A stretch of 45,390 nt of DNA from a virus (Duplodnaviria; Caudoviricetes). The DNA lies in the IMG/VR virus record IMGVR_UViG_3300042363_000712, positions 1 to 45,390 of that record, one strand, 5' to 3'. Below the pieces are notes generated by a model, which had not been told where the DNA came from, made no database searches, and saw nothing but the letters and a program-made list of their open reading frames with translations. The position numbers and the translations under genes are program-made. Position 1 is the stretch's first letter; every line of letters starts with the position of its first letter. Shown one piece after another: positions 7,096 to 17,100 of the stretch.

Positions 7096-8012
7096 TGCCA
7101 CTTGATTTTCCTAACTCTCCTGTGGATGGCCAGTACTATGAGGGTTTTGCTTGGGATGCTACGGCGCAAGTTTGGCGTGTGCGTGGCGGCGCAAACAAAG
7201 CTCTTGGTTTGTCTGGGGGCACTGCGGTTACTTCTGGCGGTTTTGCGTATCAAACTTTTACGACGAGTGGCACTTTAGTTGTTACTACTGCTGGCCTGGT
7301 TGAGGCTTTGCTTGTTGGTGGCGGTGGCGGTGGCGGTAACGGTGGCGGTGGCGGTGGCGGTGGCGGTGGCGGTGTCAAGTATTACGCCAGCCTTTATTTG
7401 CCGGCTGGCAGCCACACTGTAACGGTTGGTGCTGGGGGTATTGACGACGTGGCTGGTAGCAGTAACGGTAAAGATTCAACAATCGGTAATTACGCTGTTG
7501 CGTATGGTGGTGGCAGGGGCGGCGGTAGCGCTTACGATACCTTTTATCCCGGTCACGGCAAGGGTTCAAACGGCGGAGGGTCTATTTATTTTGGTAATGG
7601 CTCTAGCCAAGAAGTAAATTCTTGGAACTTGGCTAACACTGGCGGTAACGGTACTTACATTCAATCTGGTGGCGGTGGTGGTGGTGCGGGTACTGCGGGC
7701 GCTAATGCCCCTGCGGGCCAAACTGGTGGGGCGGGCGGTTCCGGCACAAACACTTTTTCTGTTTGGGGTTTGGCTACAACTACTGGCCATAATGTTGGTG
7801 GTACTGTTTGGTTTGGTGGTGGTGGCTCTGGTGGCCCTTACAGCTCAAATACGACTTCTTCAGCACCGGGTTCTGGTGGCGGGGGGCAGAGTGTTAGTGG
7901 TGTGGGTCAAGACGGGCTTGCTAATACTGGTGGTGGTGGTGCTGGCAGTAGAAACACCAGTCAGGCCGGGCACGGCGGTTCTGGTGTTGTTATAGTGAGG
8001 GTGGCAATCTGA
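7095..8012 (+). CDS. Glycine-rich virion protein 1
   Basis: MPLDFPNSPVDGQ start; TFTTSGTL, LLVGGGGGGG and GGSGVVIVR motifs. Confidence 0.75.
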   Translation: MPLDFPNSPVDGQYYEGFAWDATAQVWRVRGGANKALGLSGGTAVTSGGFAYQTFTTSGTLVVTTAGLVEALLVGGGGGGGNGGGGGGGGGGGVKYYASLYLPAGSHTVTVGAGGIDDVAGSSNGKDSTIGNYAVAYGGGRGGGSAYDTFYPGHGKGSNGGGSIYFGNGSSQEVNSWNLANTGGNGTYIQSGGGGGGAGTAGANAPAGQTGGAGGSGTNTFSVWGLATTTGHNVGGTVWFGGGGSGGPYSSNTTSSAPGSGGGGQSVSGVGQDGLANTGGGGAGSRNTSQAGHGGSGVVIVRVAI

Positions 8013-8908
8013 TGCCTTTGAATTTTCCTTCTAGCCCTACTAACGGGCAGATTTACGAAAACTATTACTACGATTCTGCTAATACTGTGTGGCAGACTTT
8101 GGGCTCTAAGTTGGAGACAACAGCGAACATTAGTAATACGCCTACTGGTACTTACACGTCTGGCGGGGTGTCGTATAAGTATGTGACGTTTACGGTTGAT
8201 GGGACGTTGACGGTTACGCGGGCTGGTTTGTGTGACATTCTGGTGCTTGGTGGCGGTGGTGGTGGCGGATTTTCCGGTAGCAACAACCAAGGTGGCGGCG
8301 GTGGCGGCGGTGGCGGTCATTTGGCTCAGACTGTTTATATGCCGGCTGGTACGGCTACCGTTACTGTCGGTGCCGGTGGTAGGGGGAGTGCCCAACTCGC
8401 TCCCGGATTCAATGGGGGCGCTTCGGCATTAGGTTATTATGTTGCTCCAGGTGGCGGAGTAGGCGGAACTGCTGGCGCATCAACTTCTGTTCAGAGGAGC
8501 GCTTCTTCTGGTGGTTCTGGTGGCGGTGGCGCATCAACTGATGGCGTTCCTGGTGTGGGTGTTGCTTCCCTAGGTTTTCCGGGTGGTTCACCGGCAACTT
8601 TCGGTGGTGGCGGTGGTGGTGCTTCCGAGGCTGGTGGCACTGACGGTGACGGGCATGGTGGTGACGGAGCAACCTCAGACATAACAGGAACCTCTGTTGT
8701 TCGCGGGGGTGGCGGAAACGGTGGAGGCCAAACTGCGGCAACCACTGGTGGCGGTGGTGTTGGTGGGGCCGACGGTGGTAATAACCCTGGCGGTAACGCT
8801 ACGGCTAACACTGGCGGTGGCGGCGGTGGCGGCTGGCGTGAATCCTCTGGTGACCCTGCTGGCGGTAATGGTGGCTCGGGAATTGTTATTGTAAGATGGG
8901 TAGCATAA
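8012..8908 (+). CDS. Glycine-rich virion protein 2 (paralog of the previous gene)
   Basis: MPLNFPSSPTNGQ start; same architecture, ending GGSGIVIVRW. Confidence 0.75.
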   Translation: MPLNFPSSPTNGQIYENYYYDSANTVWQTLGSKLETTANISNTPTGTYTSGGVSYKYVTFTVDGTLTVTRAGLCDILVLGGGGGGGFSGSNNQGGGGGGGGGHLAQTVYMPAGTATVTVGAGGRGSAQLAPGFNGGASALGYYVAPGGGVGGTAGASTSVQRSASSGGSGGGGASTDGVPGVGVASLGFPGGSPATFGGGGGGASEAGGTDGDGHGGDGATSDITGTSVVRGGGGNGGGQTAATTGGGGVGGADGGNNPGGNATANTGGGGGGGWRESSGDPAGGNGGSGIVIVRWVA

Positions 8909-8927
8909 TGAGCGAAAGAGGTAACAA

Positions 8928-9521
8928 ATGAAACTATCCAACCCTGCCCCGCAGCGTCCGGTAACGTCACAGTATGGGTGGCGTATTCACCCGATTACTC
9001 ATAAGCGTGCGTTTCACCGTGGAACCGATTTTGGTGGCGTGTTTAACGTTTTGGCTGCCGCCCCTGGTGAGGTGGTGTATGTTGCCCCGGAGTGGGCGTC
9101 GTTGTCGCCTGCCGCTAAGAAACGTCAGTCTGGTGGGAACGTGGTTATTATTCGACACCAACGCGATTTGTTTACGGCGTATTATCATGGTGCCCGTCAA
9201 TCTGATTTGAAGGTGGGCGACCGAGTTAAAACGGCTGATGTTATTTATGTTGCTGGTTCGACTGGTGCGAGCACTGCCCCTCATTTGCATTTCGAAGTGA
9301 GGACTAAGCAGACGTGGGGGTCCGATGTGCCGCCTGACAGTTATTTCCAGGAGCCGGCACCTGTTAAGGTCACTGTTGATGGTGTGATGGGTGAGGCGAC
9401 ATGGAAAGCCATGCAAACCATTATGCGGTCTGAAGGCTATTATCAGGGTAAGATTGATGGTAAAGCAGGTAAGTTAACCGTTTCTGCTTTGCAGAAATAT
9501 ATTAACGATGGGAAGTTCTGA
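8928..9521 (+). CDS. Endolysin: M23 peptidase with a C-terminal peptidoglycan-binding-like domain
   Basis: HRGTD (HxxxD) and PHLHFE (HxH); VDGVMG.ATWKAMQ and IDGKAG..TVSALQ repeats. Confidence 0.9.
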   Translation: MKLSNPAPQRPVTSQYGWRIHPITHKRAFHRGTDFGGVFNVLAAAPGEVVYVAPEWASLSPAAKKRQSGGNVVIIRHQRDLFTAYYHGARQSDLKVGDRVKTADVIYVAGSTGASTAPHLHFEVRTKQTWGSDVPPDSYFQEPAPVKVTVDGVMGEATWKAMQTIMRSEGYYQGKIDGKAGKLTVSALQKYINDGKF

Positions 9522-9739
9522 TGCACGAGTTAACTGATTTTGTTAAGCAGGCTCAACGTTTTTCTAAAGCCATTGCTGCTGGTGTGGGTAGTGTTTTGGG
9601 GGCGTTGACGAGCGTGAGTTTTGAGCTGGGTGTGGAGTTAATTCCCGCTGAAGCTCAGAATGTTGTGGTGTTTGTGATTGCAGCGTTGACCGCGTTTGCC
9701 ACGTGGGCTGTACCAAATTTCACGCCCGACGGCAAATAA
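9521..9739 (+). CDS. Holin
   Basis: 72 aa with two hydrophobic segments, ends TWAVPN, coupled to the endolysin. Confidence 0.75.
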   Translation: MHELTDFVKQAQRFSKAIAAGVGSVLGALTSVSFELGVELIPAEAQNVVVFVIAALTAFATWAVPNFTPDGK

Positions 9740-9902
9740 ATTATTTTCGCTAGTTCCGTATAGTTTACAAATCTGCGTGTTTGCGCCGTTTAGGGTACTT
9801 TTTTGCTGTTGCAACGTGCCCTTGCCCCATTTTGTGTGTGAGCGCACAGAATTTGTACACTACCGTTTTACCACTTTATACGCTACCAAAATATCACTGT
9901 GG

Positions 9903-9947
9903 GATAAAACCCTTACTGCGAGCATGCTTGCTAGTAAGGATTTTATC
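9903..9947. other. Long imperfect hairpin (terminator or processing site)
   Basis: gataaaa-ccttact-gcgagc...gcttgc-agtaagg-ttttatc. Confidence 0.55.
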
Positions 9948-9971
9948 AATATAGTACAGAAACCATATTTC

Positions 9972-10052
9972 TCATTGACAGGAATCGCAGAGTAACGCTT
10001 CGGCTGGGTCGATGGGGCATGCTATTCCGCCAATAATCTCAATATCGTTCAT
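9972..10052 (-). CDS. 26-aa microprotein ending CPIDPAEALLCDSCQ, absent from the ORF track
   Basis: AGAAAG RBS-like sequence; MNDIEIIGGIACPIDPAEALLCDSCQ*. Confidence 0.65.
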   Translation of the reverse strand: MNDIEIIGGIACPIDPAEALLCDSCQ

Positions 10053-10096
10053 TTTGCTGCTTTCTGCGTTATGCTGGTGGTGTTGTTGAGGAATTT

Positions 10097-10834
10097 ATGA
10101 AAATACTTTTATTGGACCTTGAAACATCGCCCAACCTTGCCCATGTGTGGGGGTTGTGGAATCAAAACGTTTCTATTGGCCAACTGGTCAATTCCACTGA
10201 AGTTATTTGTTTTGGTGCCCGTTGGTATGGGGAACGTAAAGTCCATTTTAAATCAGTTCACCACGATGGTAAAGCCGACATGCTTAAATCTATACATGAA
10301 CTCATGGATGACGCTGATGCGATTGTAGGTTGGAACAGTGCCGGCTTTGATGTAAAGCATTTGTATCGCGAGTTTATTGAAAACGACATGTTGCCGCCGT
10401 CCCCTCATAAAGAGATTGATTTGATGCGGACGGCTAAGCAACGGTTTAGGTTCCCGTCAAACAAACTAGATTATGTGGCCCAAAAGTTGGGTATGGGTGC
10501 GAAGGTTAAGCATAGCGGTTTTGAGTTGTGGGTGAAGTGCATGGCTGGCGAGGATAAGGCGTGGGCCGAGATGAAGAAGTACCAGATTCGGGATGTGAAT
10601 CTTTTGGTGGGTTTGTATGAGAAGTTTTTGCCGTGGATTAAGAACCACCCGAATCGTGCTGTTATTGATGGTAGGCCGGAGGGGTGTATTAGTTGCGGGT
10701 CGGAGAATTTGCAGTCACGCGGTTTTGAAACGACGGGGGCTGGGCGGTATCGCAGGTTTAAGTGCACTGTTTGCGGTAAGTGGCAGCGGGGTTCTAAATC
10801 TGTGACGTCAGGTGTGTACCGTAACGTGGTGTGA
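10097..10834 (+). CDS. DnaQ/RNase H-like 3'-5' exonuclease with C-terminal Zn ribbon
   Basis: LLLDLET, GWNS.GFD, NKLDYVA, Y...DV motifs; CISC...CTVC. Confidence 0.85.
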   Translation: MKILLLDLETSPNLAHVWGLWNQNVSIGQLVNSTEVICFGARWYGERKVHFKSVHHDGKADMLKSIHELMDDADAIVGWNSAGFDVKHLYREFIENDMLPPSPHKEIDLMRTAKQRFRFPSNKLDYVAQKLGMGAKVKHSGFELWVKCMAGEDKAWAEMKKYQIRDVNLLVGLYEKFLPWIKNHPNRAVIDGRPEGCISCGSENLQSRGFETTGAGRYRRFKCTVCGKWQRGSKSVTSGVYRNVV

Positions 10835-11173
10835 CTAGCTTTTGTTGATGTCGCGTTCGTGTTTTGCGACTATGCGCCCTACGACGGCGAGTTGTTTTTC
10901 GGTTCTGTTGATGGCGTCGCGTAGTGAGCTGCCACCGTTGGGTAAAACTTCCATTTTAACAGTGTTGAGTGTTGTTTCCAGGTGTTCTAGTTTTTTTTCG
11001 ACTCGTTCAATGGTTTGGGGTAGCCCTCCGAGGGTGTTGCCTATTTCTACAGCTTTGGTGAGCATGGGCCATATTTTGTGAAACAGCATGATGAGGACAA
11101 TGATAGCGATGGCCGTGGTAATGACTAGTTGGCCGTACTCTTCCATAAAAACAATAAATTGTTGTTCGGTCAT
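10835..11173 (-). CDS. Membrane protein, DUF2746-like
   Basis: N-terminal transmembrane segment, coiled coil and PNGGSSLRDAI motif typical of actinophages; ATGA overlap with the upstream gene. Confidence 0.7.
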   Translation of the reverse strand: MTEQQFIVFMEEYGQLVITTAIAIIVLIMLFHKIWPMLTKAVEIGNTLGGLPQTIERVEKKLEHLETTLNTVKMEVLPNGGSSLRDAINRTEKQLAVVGRIVAKHERDINKS

Positions 11174-14100
11174 TGCTGTTCTTCTCGTTGTTGGTTGAGG
11201 AGGTTGCGTTGGAATCTGGCGTAACGTTCCTGTTGTTCTATTTGTGCGCTGCGCCAGAAACGTGATTTCTGGTCCCATTTTAACCCAGTAAGAAGATTAA
11301 ATGTTGTTCTTTGGCGTAACCATTCGATTTCTGCGGGTTCTAGCCCTCCGAAACTGTTGGCGTTGTAGTCGCGCGGTGCGAAGAGTCCGCGTTCGCTGAG
11401 GGGTGTGATGCCTGTAACGATGCTTTGGCGACTGAATCCGAGCGTGTCGGAAATTCTTTGACCCCAGTCTGTTATTTCTGGGCCGGGACCGCCTGATGAT
11501 ATTGCTGTGCCCGTGCTGCCTTCGATACCAAGTTTAAACACGGGGGATAGTTGCGGAACAATAAGTTTAGGTATTTCTGTCAGGTTGTACCTGATGTTTT
11601 CTTGTGCGGTCATGGTTTGGTCGATGCCGAACCCGCCAAAGAAAGTTTGGAACAAATCTAGTTGCGGGGAGTTCATGGCGATGCTTTGCACTTCACCGTA
11701 TTGGTCGTACCATGCTGGTCCGAGGATGTGTTCTTGTGCAAAAGCGGGGAGTCGGGGGTCGTTGGGCATGGGGTTTCCGGGAGCTTGCGGGTCGCCCCCC
11801 ATTGCCGCGGAGGCGCTCTGAATTGCTTTAGGAATTATGCCGAGGCGGTACGGGTCGTCAATGGTGGCCTCCATGATTCTGTTGAGGGCCACACGTTGCC
11901 ACGTGTAGAACAGGAATGCGCGTCGTTGGAAGGCCCGCTCGAATGGGGCAAGGGATTGTGCGGTGGGGTGCCATTCGAATATTTCTCTTTGAATGTAATC
12001 TTTTGCATCGTCGAGCGTTCTGAATACTTTTGGGGAGCGCGGGTTTGTTCCGCGGAGGATGCCCATGGCGTGTTGGAAACGGAACACGTTGTCGCGTGTG
12101 GATGCGAAGTGTCCGAGCCCACGGTTGGCGGCGATGATGGGGCTGACTACTTTTCGGAGTAGGTTTCCGTCTCTGACGAGTTGGCTGTTGCGGTACGTGT
12201 AGTCCTCAACAGTGTTGTTGGTCATTTTGATGCCGATACTTTCGAAAAAGTCGTGGATTTGAGCGGGCGTCATTTTCATGCCACGGCCGTCGCCGCCTTG
12301 GATTACTGTTTTGACGAGGTCTTTTGCGTCGTCGTCGGAGGTTTTGAATCCGAGTTCTTTGAAAATGTCCATTTCGCGGGTTTTGTTGTGGCGGAACCAT
12401 GAGGCAGGGTTTTTGCTGATGTCGCCGCCTGCTGCCAGGACGCGCAGGGCGTGGGCAAAGTTTTTGGGGTTGGATTCGCCGGCGATGATGTTCATTGTGG
12501 CTTCACCCATTGATGCGACAATGTGGTGGGATAGGGCCCATAGGGTGAGGAAGGATTTGATGCTTCCCTGGACCCGGTCGAACCAGTTGAGTACTTTGCG
12601 GCCGAATGTACTGTCTGGTTGGGTTTTAACACTGAACATGCGTTGCATGTTGGCCATTTGGCGCGCCATGTCGGGTGGGAAGTATTGGGTGGCGTCAAGG
12701 AATCTGGCAAGGTCGCCCGCGCCTTCACCGGTTTGGATGCGCACCCACTTTAATGCTTTTGCTTGGTCGGCGGTCATACCCGCTGCTTCGTGCCCGAAAC
12801 GTGAACTGAAGTCGCCGGCAAGGTTGGGCATGAGGGTGGAGTCGTAAATGGCTTGGTTAAGGCCCTTGAACAGGGTTAACCAGTCGGTGCCGCCGCCCTC
12901 TGGGCCGGCTTCGAGAACATCAACAATGAGTTTGTTGTACGCCGTTTCAATATCCCACCCGACAACGTTGCGGTCGCGTGGGGATAGGCGTGCTTTGCCC
13001 ACGGATGCGAGTTGTGTTTGGAACAGGTGCTTGTCAATCCATTTTGAGTCAAGACCTGTTCGGGCGATAGTGTTCGAGTCGAACAGGTGCCCGATAGACC
13101 AGAAGAACCCTTCCATGAACTGTTGCTGTTCTGGGGGGAGGCTGTCAACGAAAGCTTTTTTGGACTCTGGTGTTTTAAGTTTTGCGACACGGGTGAGCAA
13201 CCCTCCGATAACATCGGCGGGGATTTTCTTGAATTTGCGGGCGAGAGCCTCAAGGCGTACTTCTGTGGTGTTAATTACGGAGTCGGTGATGCTTTGCGCG
13301 CCAGTTCTTGCGGTGGCGATGTCTTGTTGGCCGGCGCGAACAGACGCGCGTAATTGGACTTCGGCCGCAGCGCCTTGGTTTTGGAAAGATTCAAGGTTTT
13401 GTGGCATTTCAGGGTCGAGGCTATCTTCGATACCTTTACCCATAATGTCGTCACCAATACGGTCATCGGTTTCCGTTTTTGCGCCGCCTATCGCCGGGCG
13501 CGTCTTCCCCCAACCCGTTTGCCCCGCATCACGCGCCGCCTCGTAGGCTGCGAGGGCGGCCTGATATCGTTGGTCAACCTCGTCGAAAGCGGCAAATGCT
13601 TCGTCCAATTCTTTGCCAGTAACACCGTCTGCTTCAAGGCGGAAGTACGCATCACCGAGCGGTTGCCTTTCGTATTCCAACCTGTCGGCTACCAGGCCAA
13701 GGGCGCGAACGGTGGGTGGTGACCCCGGCGTTTGCGGGGTGGCCTGCACAACAGGTTTACGCATTGTGTTGGGCTGTTGCGACACAAACTGCATAAGGTC
13801 TTGGGTTGTTTTAATACTGTAATCCGACATGTGCATGATTTCGCGGATAACGTTTTCGAGGGCCGTTTCGGTTGCTTCTGGCTTTAACGCCTGGTGCAGT
13901 TTGCCCAACAAATCTTGCACAGTAATGTTGTCCGCCATTTCGTAAGTGCTTTTGGCGGTCTCGGAGCGCACCGCGTTGGCGGCCTGCTTTTGTGTTGCGG
14001 GGGTTTCGGCTGCACGAGCCATGCGCTCGCCCACACGGGCACCGCTAATAGTGTTAGCACTCACGTTTTCTGCAATAACGCGTTCCAACGATTTGAGACT

Positions 14101-17100
14101 AATAAGTGATTCGAGGCTGCCCTTACCGTACCCCCGCTGCGCTAGTTCTTTTCTGAGCATGTCAACTGACCGCGTGAGGGCTTTGTTGACGTCGCCCGGG
14201 GTTGCATAAATGTTGTTGGCTACGTTTTCGACGGCGCGAAGAATGGGTTCAGAAATTTGTGAGCTGTTGCGTTCAGCCACGGCCACGGCAAGCGCCCCAG
14301 CGTTAATGTGACGTTGGTTAAGGTTTTTTACCACATCATCTGAGCCGATGCTGCGCGCAAGCATGGCAACAAGTTTCGAGGTGGGTGTGGATACGTCAGC
14401 AGTGATGTCGTCGGCGTAAGCTTTGCCGGCGGGAATTTTACCAATTTGGTATTTTATGAAGTCGTACAACCAGGCGATGCGGGTTGTTTCGTCCATGCCC
14501 GCCCCAGCCATTTTCATGGCCATGATGCCGCTTTCGGCAAGTACCGTTTGGGGGAAGGTGAGACCGTTAACTTTGTGTAGGTCGAGTGCTACACGGAAAA
14601 CGTCTTCGGGTAACCCCGTGCCGAGACCCGTTTTTGGGGTGGCGCTAATTGATGCGTCCATGACGTCAAGCCAACTGGTGTAGGAAAAGTCAACGTCGCC
14701 GGTTTCTCTGGGAACAATTTTGCCCCCAAAGGGCCGCATAACGGTTGTTTCAACAATTCCGCTTTCCCTGAGCAGTGCACGGAGGTCTCGGGACGCAATT
14801 ATGGTGGCGTTCCAGTTTTCGATGGTCCCCGGGGCAAATTTCTGGTCAATAACAGATTTTGCGGCCTTGTACGCCGTGTAGACAGCATTTTGTTGGTAGG
14901 TACGCCATCTTGTCCCAGGAACACGCTTCGTGGCTCCTTGGGACCCCAGACGGGCTATGGAGGCACTATACCCCGCAAGCGACGCCGCGCGGACCGCTTC
15001 GGCCTCCGTTTTGTTGATTATTTTAGCAATTTGGGCACTAGCGACCGCGCGGGTCTCTGTTAACAGTTTTGACGGGTTGGTGCCCTCTGCCATACGAGCA
15101 ATAACGTCACCATTAAGCAGCGTGTATTTGTTGATTGCATCAAACTGTGCAATTTCGCGTACTTTTGATTCTGTAAGCAAACCCTTTAATTGTGGTGTTT
15201 TAGATTTGATGTAATCGAACAATGCTTCGCCGCTAGATTTTTGTGCATCAAACTGAGTGTCACCCGTACCCCTGGCAATAACTTCGGCCGTTTTCTTCAA
15301 CCATGTAGGGTCAATGTTTTTGTGGTTAAGACTAAGTTCAGCAAAAATCTTTTCAACCTGGTCGATGTAGCCATCTAGACTTTCACTAGCTTCTAGCGAC
15401 TTGTATAGAGCGGAGTTGTATGTTTTTGCGGACGTGGCAAGCGTTTGTGCTGGTGGTGCGGTGTAACCGTACTCTTCGTTCCATTTTTTGAGGGTTTCGC
15501 CGGCGTTGCGTAAAACGGTTTCGGTTAGTCCCGCTTCGGCTTCAATTTCTACTGCAATTTTGGACTTGCCAGTTCGGAAGGGCGTATCAACAAAGTCATC
15601 AATTACCTTATTGAAGTTGACATTAATTTCCCCGCCTTTTAGCCCGCTCATGTTGTCGAGGATGCTGTTCCACAAAATGGGTCTAATGTTTGCTTTTAGG
15701 TCTTCCGGTATGCTCGCGGCGTCGAGTACGTTGTCAAGTGCGCCCCTGACGGGTTCCATGTTCACATAGGCAAGTTTTTCGGTAGTTTCGGCAAACGAAT
15801 TTTCTGACGGCAATGCCATGTCGGGAAAGTCTCTAAGAAAATCGACATCCGACCCTTCAACAATTTTTCCGTCAACCGTCATGTCGGGGATTGAGCGCCC
15901 CTGGTCGTATTTGAAAACTTCTACACCGCGCTGCCCTTGTAGCGTCCGCGTAAAGTCTTTAAACGTGTTTTTTGGCGCTTTGGCTGTAGTTCTGAAGCGT
16001 TGCGCGGCCTGCCGCAAAATGTCTGAAATGGTTTCGCTTTGTGTTTCTAGCGCCGCTCTTGTTTGAGCGATAACTTGTGTCGTGCCACGCCCCGATGTTT
16101 CGGACATTTCGCGTACGCTGGTTTTTTCGTACAACACTTTGGTTAATGCGGGTGTTTGTCGGTATTTCATCCCCGGAAGAATTTGCTCTAACCCCTCGTC
16201 GAGTTTTCGTGACAGTTTAAGGTTTTCTACCAAGTTTGCGGCGGATGCGGAAACGTCCCCCTCGGTGACTACTTTTACTAAAGTTTCTGGTTTGGTAATC
16301 CATGCGCCATCGGTGGCGCGACGACGGATGGGGTCATTTGCAACGTCTTCCAAAGAGGAGTATCGCCATTTGTCGCGCGATGTAAATGGTGCCCCCGGCT
16401 TGTCGCCCGCCAATTTTCTTCTCTCACCCAACGCGGCCGCTTGACCCAATTCGGCAATGGTGTTGCCGCGCTCTAGCCGTGCCGTTTGTCGCGCCTCAAG
16501 CTCCTTTACGAACGTCCCCCGCGTTTTCGCAACGTTTGTTTTAGCAAGCCCAGATTCTGCGTATGTTACAGCTCCTGCTTTACCATAAAAAATCTGTTTT
16601 TTCAACGGGTCGCCAAATTCTGCATAATCTTCACGGAAAATGCGCCCAAACATGTCCACACCAGCAGTGTCGTCGATTCTCCCGCCCAGTTCGTTGGGGA
16701 ATTTCATGTCACGCAATTTTTCAAAAGACTTAATGTAATTTGCGTAAGCCTCTTGGATTTTTGCGGCGTCAAACGGGGGGTTGTTTAAGCCCAATGCTTT
16801 AATAATTTTAATTGCACGAGGAGCAACGGCGGCGTCTGTTGCGGCAACGCGTTTTAACGAGTCAACCCAGTCATCTTTCTTTAATGGCACCCGCGCAAAA
16901 CCGACAACGTGGTCATAAATGTCGTCAAGGACCCGGGGAACGTTGGGCGCAACAAGCTCTTTCAGTCCAGCTTGTTTTAATGTTTTGCTCGCAGTTGTGG
17001 GGGTTCTTCCGACAATGGAGTCGGCACCCTTAAGGCCCTCACGGTTTGCTGTGGTGGCAAAGTTTTCGCCAGCATCCAGTACGCGCCGCAGCTCTTTTGA

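Noticed and set aside
7315-7373. GGTGGC tandem repeat as a phase-variation tract
   Set aside because: It is an in-frame poly-Gly coding run typical of this domain; slippage by 3 or 6 nt would not switch expression
5726-8908. Diversity-generating retroelement acting on fibre genes
   Set aside because: No reverse transcriptase ORF and no template/variable repeat pair differing at adenines were seen
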